In this document: positions 17,987-27,717 of the stretch, in pieces | Numbering within the stretch: position 1 is the stretch's first letter | How the letters are laid out: each line of letters opens with the position of its first letter | Assembly: GCA_944379995.1 (NCBI GenBank) | Contig: CALWGF010000005.1 | Location: 48,009 to 112,008, forward strand | DNA: 64,000 bases | Origin: an uncultured Clostridia bacterium | GTDB taxonomy: Bacteria > Bacillota > Clostridia > Lachnospirales > Anaerotignaceae | Reading direction: 5' to 3' | Position numbers and translations under genes: made by a program | Notes under the pieces: model-generated | What the model saw: the letters and a program-made list of their open reading frames with translations, nothing else | Databases searched by the model: none | Told to the model about the DNA's origin: nothing

Positions 17987-18013
17987 TGAAACGAAAATGG
18001 AGTTTATAGCGTC
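17987..18013 (+). promoter_or_regulatory. ECF sigma (SigM/SigW-like) promoter
   Basis: TGAAAC-17 nt-CGTC. Confidence 0.55.
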
Positions 18014-18046
18014 ATGTATATATAGAAAAAAATAAAGAAGGTGAAA

Positions 18047-18310
18047 ATGTTGGATTTATATTTGATTTCAGAATATACAAATTCTGTTTGTATGAACATA
18101 AAAAATAAGAAAGTAAGAGAAAGTGTAAGAAATAGTCTAAATAGAGAAATAACAGAACTTGCTAAAAAGTATGTACCATATTTTGATAATGATGATATTG
18201 CGGTGAAAAAAGCAATTCAACATTTTGGAAATCCTTTGTTATATGCTGAAAAAATAAATAATGAAAATAAAATAAATATTCTTGATATATTTAATCTTTG
18301 TTTTTTTTAA
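18047..18310 (+). CDS. Small protein resembling a stand-alone permease-prefix/HAAS-like domain
   Basis: Pattern EY..SVC..IK....RE.V...L...I.E...KKAIQHFGNP; AAGGTG RBS before ATG 18047. Confidence 0.6.
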   Translation: MLDLYLISEYTNSVCMNIKNKKVRESVRNSLNREITELAKKYVPYFDNDDIAVKKAIQHFGNPLLYAEKINNENKINILDIFNLCFF

Positions 18311-18356
18311 TATTGCTATTATATTTTTATTAAAAATATAACATAAAACAAAAACT

Positions 18357-18414
18357 CTAACCCTAAAAGAAATAAAGCTGGCTTTTTTAAGCCGGCTTTA
18401 TTTCTTAGGAGTTA
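18357..18414. terminator. Long hairpin, probable bidirectional terminator
   Basis: AAGAAATAAAGCTGGCTT/AAGCCGGCTTTATTTCTT. Confidence 0.7.
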
Positions 18415-18610
18415 TACATAAATAATATTAAAAATATGAATAAATCATATGTTTTTTCTGCCTCCCCCTTTTGTGGGGAAGGGTTATGGTTGGAGTATAT
18501 TATGAAATTTCTGCAATATCAATTGCATATTCATAATATACAGTATAAATATGAAGATGTTATGTAGAATTTATGAACAAAATGTAAATAATTTAATTTT
18601 TAAAAAGGTA

Positions 18611-18659
18611 TTGACATATTATAAAAATAAACATATAATTCCTATATAGTTAATAGGAA
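18611..18659 (+). promoter_or_regulatory. cysK promoter with overlapping palindromic operator (Rrf2/CymR-type inferred)
   Basis: Consensus TTGACA-17-TATAAT followed by TTCCTAT-N7-ATAGGAA at 18639-18659. Confidence 0.7.
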
Positions 18660-18677
18660 ATGAAAAGGAGAGATTTT

Positions 18678-19607
18678 ATGAGAGTATATAATGGTATGAA
18701 AGAACTTATTGGTAAAACACCTCTTGTTGAAATTTTAAATATAGAAAAAGAATTTAATTTAAAAGCAAAATTATTAGTAAAGTTGGAATATTTTAATCCA
18801 GCAGGTAGTATTAAAGATAGAATTGCATTAAACATGATTGAGAAAGCAGAAAAAGATGGTATATTAAAAGAAAATTCTGTTATAATAGAGCCTACTTCTG
18901 GAAATACAGGAATAGGACTTGCAGCAGTTGCAGCATCAAAAGGTTATAGAGTAATACTTACAATGCCAGAAACAATGAGTGTTGAAAGAAGAAATATACT
19001 TAAAGCTTATGGTGCTGAAGTTGTTCTCACAGAAGGCAGTAAGGGTATGAAAGGTGCTATTGAAAAAGCAGAAGAACTTTCAAAAAATATTGAAAATTCT
19101 TTTTTAGCAGGACAGTTTGACAATCCTGCAAACCCTGAAACACATATAAATACAACAGGTCCTGAAATATGGGAAGATACAGACGGAACAGTAGATATTT
19201 TTGTTGCTGGTATAGGTACAGGTGGAACAATAAGCGGAACAGGAGAATATTTAAAATCAAAAAATCCAAATATAAAAATTATTGGTGTTGAACCTTTTGA
19301 CTCTCCTGTAATATCAAAGGGCATTAGTGGTCCACATAAAATTCAGGGTATAGGAGCAGGTTTTATACCTAATACATTAAATAAAACAGTTATTGATGAA
19401 ATGGTGACAGTAAGAAATGAAGATGCTTTTGAAACATCAAAAAAACTTACAAAAAAAGAAGGTATACTTACAGGAATTTCATCAGGTGCGGCACTTTATG
19501 CAGCAATAAATGAAGCTAAGAAAAAAGAAAATGAAGGCAAAACAATAGTTGTAATACTTCCAGACTCAGGTGATAGATACTATTCAACACCTTTATTTAC
19601 TGAATAA
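18678..19607 (+). CDS. cysK: Cysteine synthase A
   Basis: PLP lysine in NPAGSIKDR; EPTSGNTG; GTGGT; PHKIQGIGAGF. Confidence 0.96.
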   Translation: MRVYNGMKELIGKTPLVEILNIEKEFNLKAKLLVKLEYFNPAGSIKDRIALNMIEKAEKDGILKENSVIIEPTSGNTGIGLAAVAASKGYRVILTMPETMSVERRNILKAYGAEVVLTEGSKGMKGAIEKAEELSKNIENSFLAGQFDNPANPETHINTTGPEIWEDTDGTVDIFVAGIGTGGTISGTGEYLKSKNPNIKIIGVEPFDSPVISKGISGPHKIQGIGAGFIPNTLNKTVIDEMVTVRNEDAFETSKKLTKKEGILTGISSGAALYAAINEAKKKENEGKTIVVILPDSGDRYYSTPLFTE

Positions 19608-19638
19608 AATAAATATACAAAAGATAAGGAGAATGTCT

Positions 19639-20946
19639 ATGAGCGAAAAAATAACAAGAGATAAAAGAAATTTTAAATTTGAAACACTTCAATTACATTG
19701 TGGACAGGAAAAACCTGACCCAACAACAGATGCAAGAGCTGTGCCTATATATCAAACAACATCATATGTTTTTGAAAACTGTGACGATGCTGCACAAAGA
19801 TTTGAATTGAAAAAAGCTGGTAATATTTATGGTAGACTTACAAATCCAACAGAAGATGTATTTGAAAAGAGAGTAGCAGCCCTTGAAGGTGGTGCAGCAG
19901 CTTTAGCAGTTGCTTCTGGTGCAGCAGCAATATATTATACATTTAGAAATATTGCAGCAAATGGTGACCATATTGTTTCTGCAAATAATATTTATGGTGG
20001 AAGTTATAACCTTCTTGCTCATACATTACCAGAATGTGGTATAACAACAACATTTGTTGATATAAGTAATTTTGAAGAAGTTGAAAATGCAATTAAAGAA
20101 AATACAAAGGCTATTTTTGCAGAAACTTTAGGAAATCCTAATTCTGATGTTACAGATATAGAAAAAATAGCTGAAATTGCTCATAAACATAATATACCTT
20201 TTATTATAGACAATACATTTGGAACACCTTATATTATTCGTCCTATTGAATGGGGAGCAGATATTGTTGTTCATTCTGCTACAAAATTTATAGGTGGTCA
20301 TGGAACATCTCTTGGTGGTGTTGTTATTGATAGTGGAAAATTTGATTGGAAAGCATCTGGAAAGTTTAAAGGACTTTCAGAGCCTAATGAAAGCTATCAT
20401 GGTATAACATTTACAGAGGCAGCCGGAAACCTTGCTTTTATAACAAAAATGAGAGCTGTTTTACTTAGAGATACAGGTGCAGCTATATCACCATTTAATG
20501 CATTTATGCTTTTACAAGGACTTGAAACTCTTTCTCTTAGAGTTGAGCGTCATGTTGAAAATGCTCTTAAAGTAGCAAAATATCTTTTTGAAAATGATAA
20601 AGTTGAAAAAGTAAATCACCCTTCATTATCAACTGATGAACGCCAGAAGGAATTATATTCAAAATATTTCCCAAATGGTGGAGGCTCAATATTTACATTT
20701 GAAATTAAAGGTGGAGAAGAAGAAGCAAAAAGATTTATTGATAATCTTGAACTTTTCTCACTTCTTGCTAATGTTGCGGATATGAAATCTCTTGTTATTC
20801 ACCCTGCAACAACAACACATTCACAGCTTAATGAAGCTGAAATGGCAGAACAAGGAATAAAACCTAATACAATACGTATATCAATAGGTACTGAAAATAT
20901 AGACGATATTATACAAGATATGGAAGAAGCCTTTAAAATGGTATAA
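19639..20946 (+). CDS. metY: O-acetylhomoserine/O-acetylserine sulfhydrylase
   Basis: PIYQTTSY, YGRLTNPT, HSATKFIGGHG and LANVAD..SLVIHPA motifs; start after AAGGAG. Confidence 0.92.
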   Translation: MSEKITRDKRNFKFETLQLHCGQEKPDPTTDARAVPIYQTTSYVFENCDDAAQRFELKKAGNIYGRLTNPTEDVFEKRVAALEGGAAALAVASGAAAIYYTFRNIAANGDHIVSANNIYGGSYNLLAHTLPECGITTTFVDISNFEEVENAIKENTKAIFAETLGNPNSDVTDIEKIAEIAHKHNIPFIIDNTFGTPYIIRPIEWGADIVVHSATKFIGGHGTSLGGVVIDSGKFDWKASGKFKGLSEPNESYHGITFTEAAGNLAFITKMRAVLLRDTGAAISPFNAFMLLQGLETLSLRVERHVENALKVAKYLFENDKVEKVNHPSLSTDERQKELYSKYFPNGGGSIFTFEIKGGEEEAKRFIDNLELFSLLANVADMKSLVIHPATTTHSQLNEAEMAEQGIKPNTIRISIGTENIDDIIQDMEEAFKMV

Positions 20947-20950
20947 TTAT

Positions 20951-20982
20951 AAAAACATCTGCAAATTTTTGCAGATGTTTTT
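20951..20982 (+). terminator. Intrinsic terminator
   Basis: AAAAACATCTGCAAA/TTTGCAGATGTTTTT. Confidence 0.8.
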
Positions 20983-21026
20983 GTTTTGTAATATAATATA
21001 CTCATTAAAATTTAAAGGGTGGTATT

Positions 21027-22955
21027 ATGATAAATTCAGAAAATTGTACAATAGGTATTCTTGCTCATGTTGATGCAGGAAAAACTACACTTACAGAAGC
21101 ACTTTTATATAAAACAGGTGCAATAAGAAAAATGGGGCGTGTTGATCATAAAGATACATTTCTTGATACACATTATATTGAACGTTCTAGGGGAATTACT
21201 ATATTTTCAAAACAAGCAGAGTTTTTTATAAATAATAATAAATATACTATTGTAGATACTCCGGGACATATAGATTTTTCACCGGAAATGGAAAGGTGTA
21301 TTCGTATACTTGATTATGCAATTATAGTTATAAATGGTGCAGAAGGTATACAATCTCATACAGAAACTATATGGAAAATACTCGAAGAATATAATGTACC
21401 TGTTATATTTTTTATAAATAAAATAGATAGAGAAAGTTTTAATAAGGAAAATATAATAAATGAATTAAAAAAACGATTTTCTGAAAAATGTGTAACTGTT
21501 GAATATGAAAATAATATGCTTTCTGATGAATTTATAGAAACATTAGCTTCAACAGATGAAGTCTTATTGGAAAAATATTTTGAAGGTACATTAAATTTAA
21601 AAGAAACAATTTCTGAATATACAGAAGAAAGAAAACTTTTTCCTTGTTTTTTTGGTTCTGCACTTAATAATATTGGTATTGATGATTTTATAAAAGGTAT
21701 AAATGATTTTACAGTTTATAAAAGTTATGATAATGATAAAAAATGTCGTATATTTAAAATACTTCATGATGAACAAGGAAACAGACTTACATTTGCAAAA
21801 ATTACAGGAGGAATTTGGAATGTAAAAGATACTGTTTCATATGATGATATTGATGAAAAAATAAATCAAATAAGAATATATAATGGTGATAAATATACAA
21901 CTGTCCAAAATGTTAAAGCAGGTGATATATGTGCATTTACAGGATTAAGTAAAACAAAAGCAGGTAAATCATTTAATGATTACGATTATACAAATTTTAT
22001 ATCACCAGTACTTTCTGTAAAAGTTATTTCTTGTGATAATACTGATATTTCAACGCTTTTAAAGACTATGAAAATAATTGAGGAGGAAGAACCAGAATTA
22101 AGAGTAAAGTTTAATAAAGAGTCTAAAACAATAGAAATATATATAATGGGACTTATACAGCTTGAAATACTTAAGAATACTATTAAAGAAAGATTTAATA
22201 TTAATATAGATTTTGGACCTTGTGAAATAATATATAAAGAAACAATAAAAGGAAGTGTAATGGGATATGGACATTTTGAGCCTTTAAGACATTATGCAGA
22301 AGTACATTTGAGAATTGAAGAAGGAGAAAGAGAAAGTGGAATAGTTATAAAAGATGAATGTAGTGAAGACATGCTTGATAAAAATTATCATAATCTTATA
22401 CTTTCCCATGTACTCGAAAAAGAGCATAAAGGTATACTTACAGGTTCACAACTTACAGATGTTATAATTACACTTGTTGCAGGAAAAGCTCATTTAAAAC
22501 ATACTGAAGGTGGAGATTTTAGAGAAGCTACATATAGAGCAATAAGACAAGGTCTTGAAAAAGCTGAAAATATTATTTTAGAACCATACTATAATTTTAA
22601 AATAGAAGTGCCTATTGACTGTTTAGGTAGAGTTTTATCTGATATGACAAGACTTAAATGTGAATTTGATACACCTATTATGACCGATGAAAAAGCTATT
22701 GTAAAAGGAAAATGTCCTGTTGCATTATTTATGGATTATCCTTTAGAATTGGCTTCTTATTCTAAAGGTAAAGGAATAGTACAATTTTCATCAGCAGGAT
22801 ATTTTAAATGTCATAATAGTGAAGAAATTATAGAAAAAATAAATTATGATAAAGATAGAGATGTAGAAAACACATCAAGTTCAGTTTTTTGTTCTCATGG
22901 TGCAGGTTATGAAGTAAAATGGTTTGATGTTGATGATAAAAGACATATAAAATAA
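21027..22955 (+). CDS. Translational GTPase of the TetM/EF-G-like family (non-canonical RPP paralogue)
   Basis: AHVDAGKTT, RGITI, DTPGH, NKID; GHFEPLRHYAEV and HTEGGDFRE motifs. Confidence 0.85.
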   Translation: MINSENCTIGILAHVDAGKTTLTEALLYKTGAIRKMGRVDHKDTFLDTHYIERSRGITIFSKQAEFFINNNKYTIVDTPGHIDFSPEMERCIRILDYAIIVINGAEGIQSHTETIWKILEEYNVPVIFFINKIDRESFNKENIINELKKRFSEKCVTVEYENNMLSDEFIETLASTDEVLLEKYFEGTLNLKETISEYTEERKLFPCFFGSALNNIGIDDFIKGINDFTVYKSYDNDKKCRIFKILHDEQGNRLTFAKITGGIWNVKDTVSYDDIDEKINQIRIYNGDKYTTVQNVKAGDICAFTGLSKTKAGKSFNDYDYTNFISPVLSVKVISCDNTDISTLLKTMKIIEEEEPELRVKFNKESKTIEIYIMGLIQLEILKNTIKERFNINIDFGPCEIIYKETIKGSVMGYGHFEPLRHYAEVHLRIEEGERESGIVIKDECSEDMLDKNYHNLILSHVLEKEHKGILTGSQLTDVIITLVAGKAHLKHTEGGDFREATYRAIRQGLEKAENIILEPYYNFKIEVPIDCLGRVLSDMTRLKCEFDTPIMTDEKAIVKGKCPVALFMDYPLELASYSKGKGIVQFSSAGYFKCHNSEEIIEKINYDKDRDVENTSSSVFCSHGAGYEVKWFDVDDKRHIK

Positions 22956-23207
22956 AATATTACAATATGTACAAAATGCACAATAATATTTATTATGAAT
23001 ATTGAATAAAAAATGAGCTTTTAAACCTTTGTTTAATATATAATTTTAGTACTTATATATAAATATTTTATTGAAATAGTGTTTAAAAAATAGAAAAGAA
23101 CATACTCGTATTGCAATTTTTCACAAAGAGGAGTATATTGTATACATAGCAAATGAAAAATAATTTTAATATTGTATATAGTATAAAACGAAAAGGGGAT
23201 TTTTAAT

Positions 23208-23306
23208 ATGAGTAAAGAAACTATTAAAAAAATATTTATGGATTATATCAATACACCAGCTATATTTGTTATGAGCGAAAGCTGCATTAAAAAATTAAAT
23301 AAATAA
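23208..23306 (+). CDS. 32-aa small protein MSKETIKKIFMDYINTPAIFVMSESCIKKLNK
   Basis: AAAGGGG RBS, upstream TTGCAA-17-TATATT promoter (23111-23139), terminator directly after the stop. Confidence 0.6.
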   Translation: MSKETIKKIFMDYINTPAIFVMSESCIKKLNK

Positions 23307-23311
23307 TTTTT

Positions 23312-23345
23312 AAAATATCCTGATTATATATCAGGATATTTTTTT
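23312..23345 (+). terminator. Intrinsic terminator
   Basis: AAAATATCCTGAT/ATCAGGATATTTTTTT. Confidence 0.8.
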
Positions 23346-23531
23346 ATGCTAATTTACGATAATTTTAATTTGTTATTATTAATATTGACAATAAAAGTTA
23401 AAACATATAATATATAAAAATATTAATGCTTTTTTGATTTAGCAGGATAAAATATAGGGGAAAAGCATTATTTAAACATAAAGTATGTACTTCGCTTTAT
23501 GTATATTATTAATTTAAGGGGGAGCATCAAT

Positions 23532-25265
23532 TTGAGTATAACAGGTGCAGAATTATTTGTAAAAGCTTTAAAAGAAGAAAATGTAGATAAAATTTTTGCT
23601 TATCCGGGTGGTAATATAACAGATATTTTAAATGCTCTTTATAAACAAAATGATATTGAGCTTATACTTCCACGACATGAACAAGCACTTTCTCATGCTG
23701 CTGACGGATATGCACGTTCAACAGGAAAAGTTGGTGTCTGTCTTGTAACAAGTGGACCGGGGGCTACTAATCTTGTTACCGGAATTGCAACTGCTAATTT
23801 TGACAGCGTTCCTATGGTATGTTTTACAGGTCAAGTTCCTACACATCTTATAGGAAATGATGCTTTTCAGGAAGTTGATATAGTAGGTATTACAAGACAT
23901 ATATGTAAATATGCTGTTACTGTAAGAAAAAGAAGTGACCTTGCTTCTATAATTAAAAAAGCATTTTTTATTGCAAGAAACGGTAAACCAGGAGTTGTTC
24001 TTGTAGATATTCCTAAAGATATTCAAATGGAGTTTGGTGATAGACATTATCCTGAAAGTATTGAAATAAGAAGTTATAAACCTAATACCTCAGTACATAT
24101 TGGTCAGATTAAAAAAGCTGTTGATATTCTTAAAAAAGCAAAAAAACCTGTATTTCTTATAGGTGGTGGTGTAAATATTGCACATGCCAATGAAGAAATG
24201 AAAAAACTTGCAGAAAAAAGTAATGTTCCTGTAATTACTACAATTATGGGTAAAGGTGCTATACCTACAAATCATGAGCTTTTTGTTGGTAATATAGGTA
24301 TACACGGAAGTTTTGCGTCAAATAGTGCTATAAGTGAGGCAGATGTACTTTTTTCAATAGGTACAAGATTTAATGACCGTATAACAGGTAAAATAAGTGA
24401 ATTTGCTAAAAATGCAACTATAATACATGTTGATATAGACCCTGCATCTATATCAAGAAATATAGTTGTTGATATTCCTATTGTTGCTGATGCTAAAGTA
24501 TCAATACAGGCTATTACAGAAAAAATAGACAGATTAAATACTGATGATTGGCTTAAACAAATTAAAGAGTGGAAAGAGAAATATCCTTTAAAAATGAAAA
24601 GCGAAGGACTTACTCCACAGAAAATAATTGAAACTATAAACAGAAAATTTGATAATCTTATTGTTACAACAGATGTTGGTCAAAATCAGCTTTGGACAAC
24701 ACAATATATTGAGCTTGATGAAAATAAACAGCTTATTACTTCTGGTGGTCTTGGAACAATGGGCTTTGGTTTCCCTTCTGCAATAGGTGCTAAACTTGGA
24801 AATCCTGATAAAACTGTTATATCAATATCTGGTGATGGTGGTGTACAAATGAATATACAGGAATTAGCAACTGCTGTTGCTTATGAACTTCCTGTTATAT
24901 TATGTATATTTAATAATGGATACCTTGGAAATGTTCGTCAGCTTCAAGAATTTTTTAGTAAAGGACATTATTCTTGTGTATGTTTAAAATATGATAGAAA
25001 TTGTGATTGTACTGTTGCAAAAAATGTGCCTAAGGCAGGTTGTGCTAAAAAGCCATATTCACCAGACTTTGTAAAACTTGCTGAAAGCTATGGTGCAAAA
25101 GGTATTCGTGTTATAAATGAAGAAGATATTGAAAAGGCTTTTGATGAGGCAGCAAAAAATACAAAAACTCCTACAATAATAGAATTTATGATTGAGCGAG
25201 AAGAAGACGTGCTTCCTATGGTGCTTCTTGGAAATCCGCTTAATGAAATGATTATTGAAAAGTAA
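23532..25265 (+). CDS. ilvB: Acetolactate synthase large subunit
   Basis: RHEQ, TSGPGATN, DAFQE, TSGGLGTMGFG and GDGG...NN motifs; TTG start after GGGGGAG. Confidence 0.92.
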   Translation: MSITGAELFVKALKEENVDKIFAYPGGNITDILNALYKQNDIELILPRHEQALSHAADGYARSTGKVGVCLVTSGPGATNLVTGIATANFDSVPMVCFTGQVPTHLIGNDAFQEVDIVGITRHICKYAVTVRKRSDLASIIKKAFFIARNGKPGVVLVDIPKDIQMEFGDRHYPESIEIRSYKPNTSVHIGQIKKAVDILKKAKKPVFLIGGGVNIAHANEEMKKLAEKSNVPVITTIMGKGAIPTNHELFVGNIGIHGSFASNSAISEADVLFSIGTRFNDRITGKISEFAKNATIIHVDIDPASISRNIVVDIPIVADAKVSIQAITEKIDRLNTDDWLKQIKEWKEKYPLKMKSEGLTPQKIIETINRKFDNLIVTTDVGQNQLWTTQYIELDENKQLITSGGLGTMGFGFPSAIGAKLGNPDKTVISISGDGGVQMNIQELATAVAYELPVILCIFNNGYLGNVRQLQEFFSKGHYSCVCLKYDRNCDCTVAKNVPKAGCAKKPYSPDFVKLAESYGAKGIRVINEEDIEKAFDEAAKNTKTPTIIEFMIEREEDVLPMVLLGNPLNEMIIEK

Positions 25266-25277
25266 AGGAGGATTAAT

Positions 25278-25772
25278 ATGTTAAAGAAAAGATGTATAAG
25301 TTTATACGTTGAAAACGAAGTTGGTGTTCTTGCGAAAATTTCAGGTCTTTTTTCAGGAAAATCATATAACCTTGATAGTTTAACAGTTGGTACAACAGAA
25401 GATAGCACAATATCTCGTATGACAATATGTCTTACAAGTGATGACCAAACTTTTGAACAGATTAAAAAACAACTTAATAGAAGTGTTGAAGTTATAAAAG
25501 TAGTTGATTTTACAGAAACTCAAATACATATGAAAGAGCTTATGTTTATAAAAATATGGGATTGTTCAAAAAATGATAAAACAGATATTTTTAGAATTGC
25601 TCAAGTTTATGATTTGAAAGTAATTGATTATGATATGTCTTCTTTTATAATAGAATGTACTAAAAGTGAAGAAGAAAATAATAGTATAATAAAAATTTTA
25701 AATAAAAACTATCCTAATCGTATAGAAGTTGTACGTGGCGGGAATGTTGCAATAGAAGCATTAAAAATATAA
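25278..25772 (+). CDS. ilvN: Acetolactate synthase small (ACT) subunit
   Basis: VENEVGVLAKISGLF, SLTVG, SRMTI and EQIKKQLN motifs. Confidence 0.88.
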   Translation: MLKKRCISLYVENEVGVLAKISGLFSGKSYNLDSLTVGTTEDSTISRMTICLTSDDQTFEQIKKQLNRSVEVIKVVDFTETQIHMKELMFIKIWDCSKNDKTDIFRIAQVYDLKVIDYDMSSFIIECTKSEEENNSIIKILNKNYPNRIEVVRGGNVAIEALKI

Positions 25773-25830
25773 TATATTTATAAAGAGAACATATTTTTAT
25801 GTTCTCTTTATTTTTGAAGAGGTGATAATT

Positions 25831-26640
25831 TTGATAAAAGCTGATTTTCATACACACACAAATTTTTGTGACGGTAAAAATACTCCTGCACAAATGGTTG
25901 CATCTGCATATGCTATGGGACTTACAGATTATGGAATATCAGGTCATGGATATATTACATCAGGTGAAGAATTTGGAATGAACCCTAAAGTTTTTGAAGA
26001 ATATAAATCTGAAATAATGAAACTTAAAGAACAATATAAAGGTAAAATGAATATTTATATGGGTGTTGAACTTGATATATTGGGATATTTACATGAAGCT
26101 GATTATACAATAGGTTCTTGTCATTGTATAGAAAAAAATGGTGAATATGTAATAGTTGATGATACAGAAGAAAAACTTTGCAATGCTGTAAATAGACTTT
26201 GGAATGGTGACTGGTACAGTATGACAGGTGATTATTATGAACTTGTTTCAAAAACATATGATATAACAAAATGTGATTTTATAGGTCATTTTGATTTAAT
26301 AACAAAATTTAATCAAGACAATAAACATTTTGATGAAAGTAATGATATATATTTAGAACAGGCATATAATGCTATGAAAAAATTAAATTCCTATGGTGTA
26401 CCTTTTGAAATAAATACAGGTGCAATTTCAAGAGGTTATAGAAAAGAGCCTTATCCTAATAAAATACTTCTTAGGGAACTTTATAATATGGGTGGAAGAA
26501 TTATTATAAATTCTGATAGTCATAGTGCTGAAAATATATGCTATAAATTTGATGAAGCGGCTAGTATTGCAAAAGAATGTGGTTTTAAAACATCACTTGT
26601 ACTTAAACCAGAAGGCGGTTTTAGAGAGGTTTATTTATAA
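25831..26640 (+). CDS. PHP-family histidinol-phosphatase (HisJ-like)
   Basis: DFHTHT..CDG, GHFD, EINTG and SDSH motifs. Confidence 0.85.
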   Translation: MIKADFHTHTNFCDGKNTPAQMVASAYAMGLTDYGISGHGYITSGEEFGMNPKVFEEYKSEIMKLKEQYKGKMNIYMGVELDILGYLHEADYTIGSCHCIEKNGEYVIVDDTEEKLCNAVNRLWNGDWYSMTGDYYELVSKTYDITKCDFIGHFDLITKFNQDNKHFDESNDIYLEQAYNAMKKLNSYGVPFEINTGAISRGYRKEPYPNKILLRELYNMGGRIIINSDSHSAENICYKFDEAASIAKECGFKTSLVLKPEGGFREVYL

Positions 26641-26670
26641 AATTTTAAAATATAACAAAAAAACAGACAG

Positions 26671-27564
26671 TTATATATGTCTGTTTTTTGTTTGTTGTGT
26701 TTTGAAAAAATCTTTTGATATTTTTATAAGTTTTTTTAAAGGTATATTATTTTCTGTATTTTTATAATACATACCATAAGAAATAGTTTCAGAATTTTCT
26801 ATTGGTATATAATTTAATGAACTATCCCTTGCTATTGGTATATCAGGTAATATTGTAAATGCATTAAGTCCTTTTACAAGTGCAAATGTTGATTCTATAT
26901 TTTCACATATATAAACATCATGTGGCAGTCTTTGACCTATAACTTTTTGATTTACATGAGCTGTTATAGGATAGTTTCTTCTTGGGTCACAAAGTATAAT
27001 TTTACCGTATGATAAATCATCTGCTTTTATTATTTTTTTATTTGAAAATGGGTGATTTTTAGGACATATACATACTATTGGAAGTTGTATTAATTCTGTA
27101 TATGTTGCAAAATCATCAGTTTTAATTCCATACATTATATCAAGTGACTCTGTATCCATCATATTCCTTAATATTTGAGGTATGGCTGTTTTTATAATTG
27201 GGTGTATTCCTTCTTCTTCTTTTATAAATTCTTTGAGTAATTCAGGAAGAAATGAAAATTCAAGCATACTATGACAGCCAATTAAAAAAGGTATCATTTT
27301 ATCTTTTGTATTTGTTGTAAGTTTTATTTTTGCCATACGAGTAATACCTAATATATTTTTGGCATCTTCTATAAAGTTCCAACCTGCATGTGTAAGTTCT
27401 ACCGTTCTAGTTGTACGTTTAAAAAGTTTAACTTCAAGTTCTTTTTCAAGAGAATTTATTTGATGTGTTACAGCAGGTTGTGTAATATGAAGTACTTCTG
27501 AAGCACGAGCAAAATTAAGATTTTCTGCAACAGCAAGAAAACATTCAAGTTGTACTGTATTCAT
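26671..27564 (-). CDS. LysR-family transcriptional regulator
   Basis: HTH NFARASEVLHITQPAVTHQINSLEKEL..KLFKR. Confidence 0.92.
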   Translation of the reverse strand: MNTVQLECFLAVAENLNFARASEVLHITQPAVTHQINSLEKELEVKLFKRTTRTVELTHAGWNFIEDAKNILGITRMAKIKLTTNTKDKMIPFLIGCHSMLEFSFLPELLKEFIKEEEGIHPIIKTAIPQILRNMMDTESLDIMYGIKTDDFATYTELIQLPIVCICPKNHPFSNKKIIKADDLSYGKIILCDPRRNYPITAHVNQKVIGQRLPHDVYICENIESTFALVKGLNAFTILPDIPIARDSSLNYIPIENSETISYGMYYKNTENNIPLKKLIKISKDFFKTQQTKNRHI

Positions 27565-27717
27565 ATTTAATCCTCCTTTATATCAGTTATATTATTCATA
27601 TTAATAAACATTTTTTATTAATGATAACATTTTTGAATTTCACATTCAATAAAAAATGTTGTAAATTATTAGGGTGAAAATAATTAGTGTGTTAACAAAA
27701 AGAGAGGTGATATACTT

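Noticed and set aside
18357-18545. Type I toxin-antitoxin locus
   Set aside because: The sequestered SD precedes only a 6-codon ORF, and no hydrophobic toxin ORF with a start codon was found.
21027-22955. Tetracycline resistance gene call (tetM/tetO/tetW)
   Set aside because: It lacks the RPP domain IV loop, has host-like composition and has no mobile context.
23208-23306. AgrD cyclic-peptide precursor
   Set aside because: No Cys/Ser ring followed by the P-x-x-P tail, and no agrB nearby.
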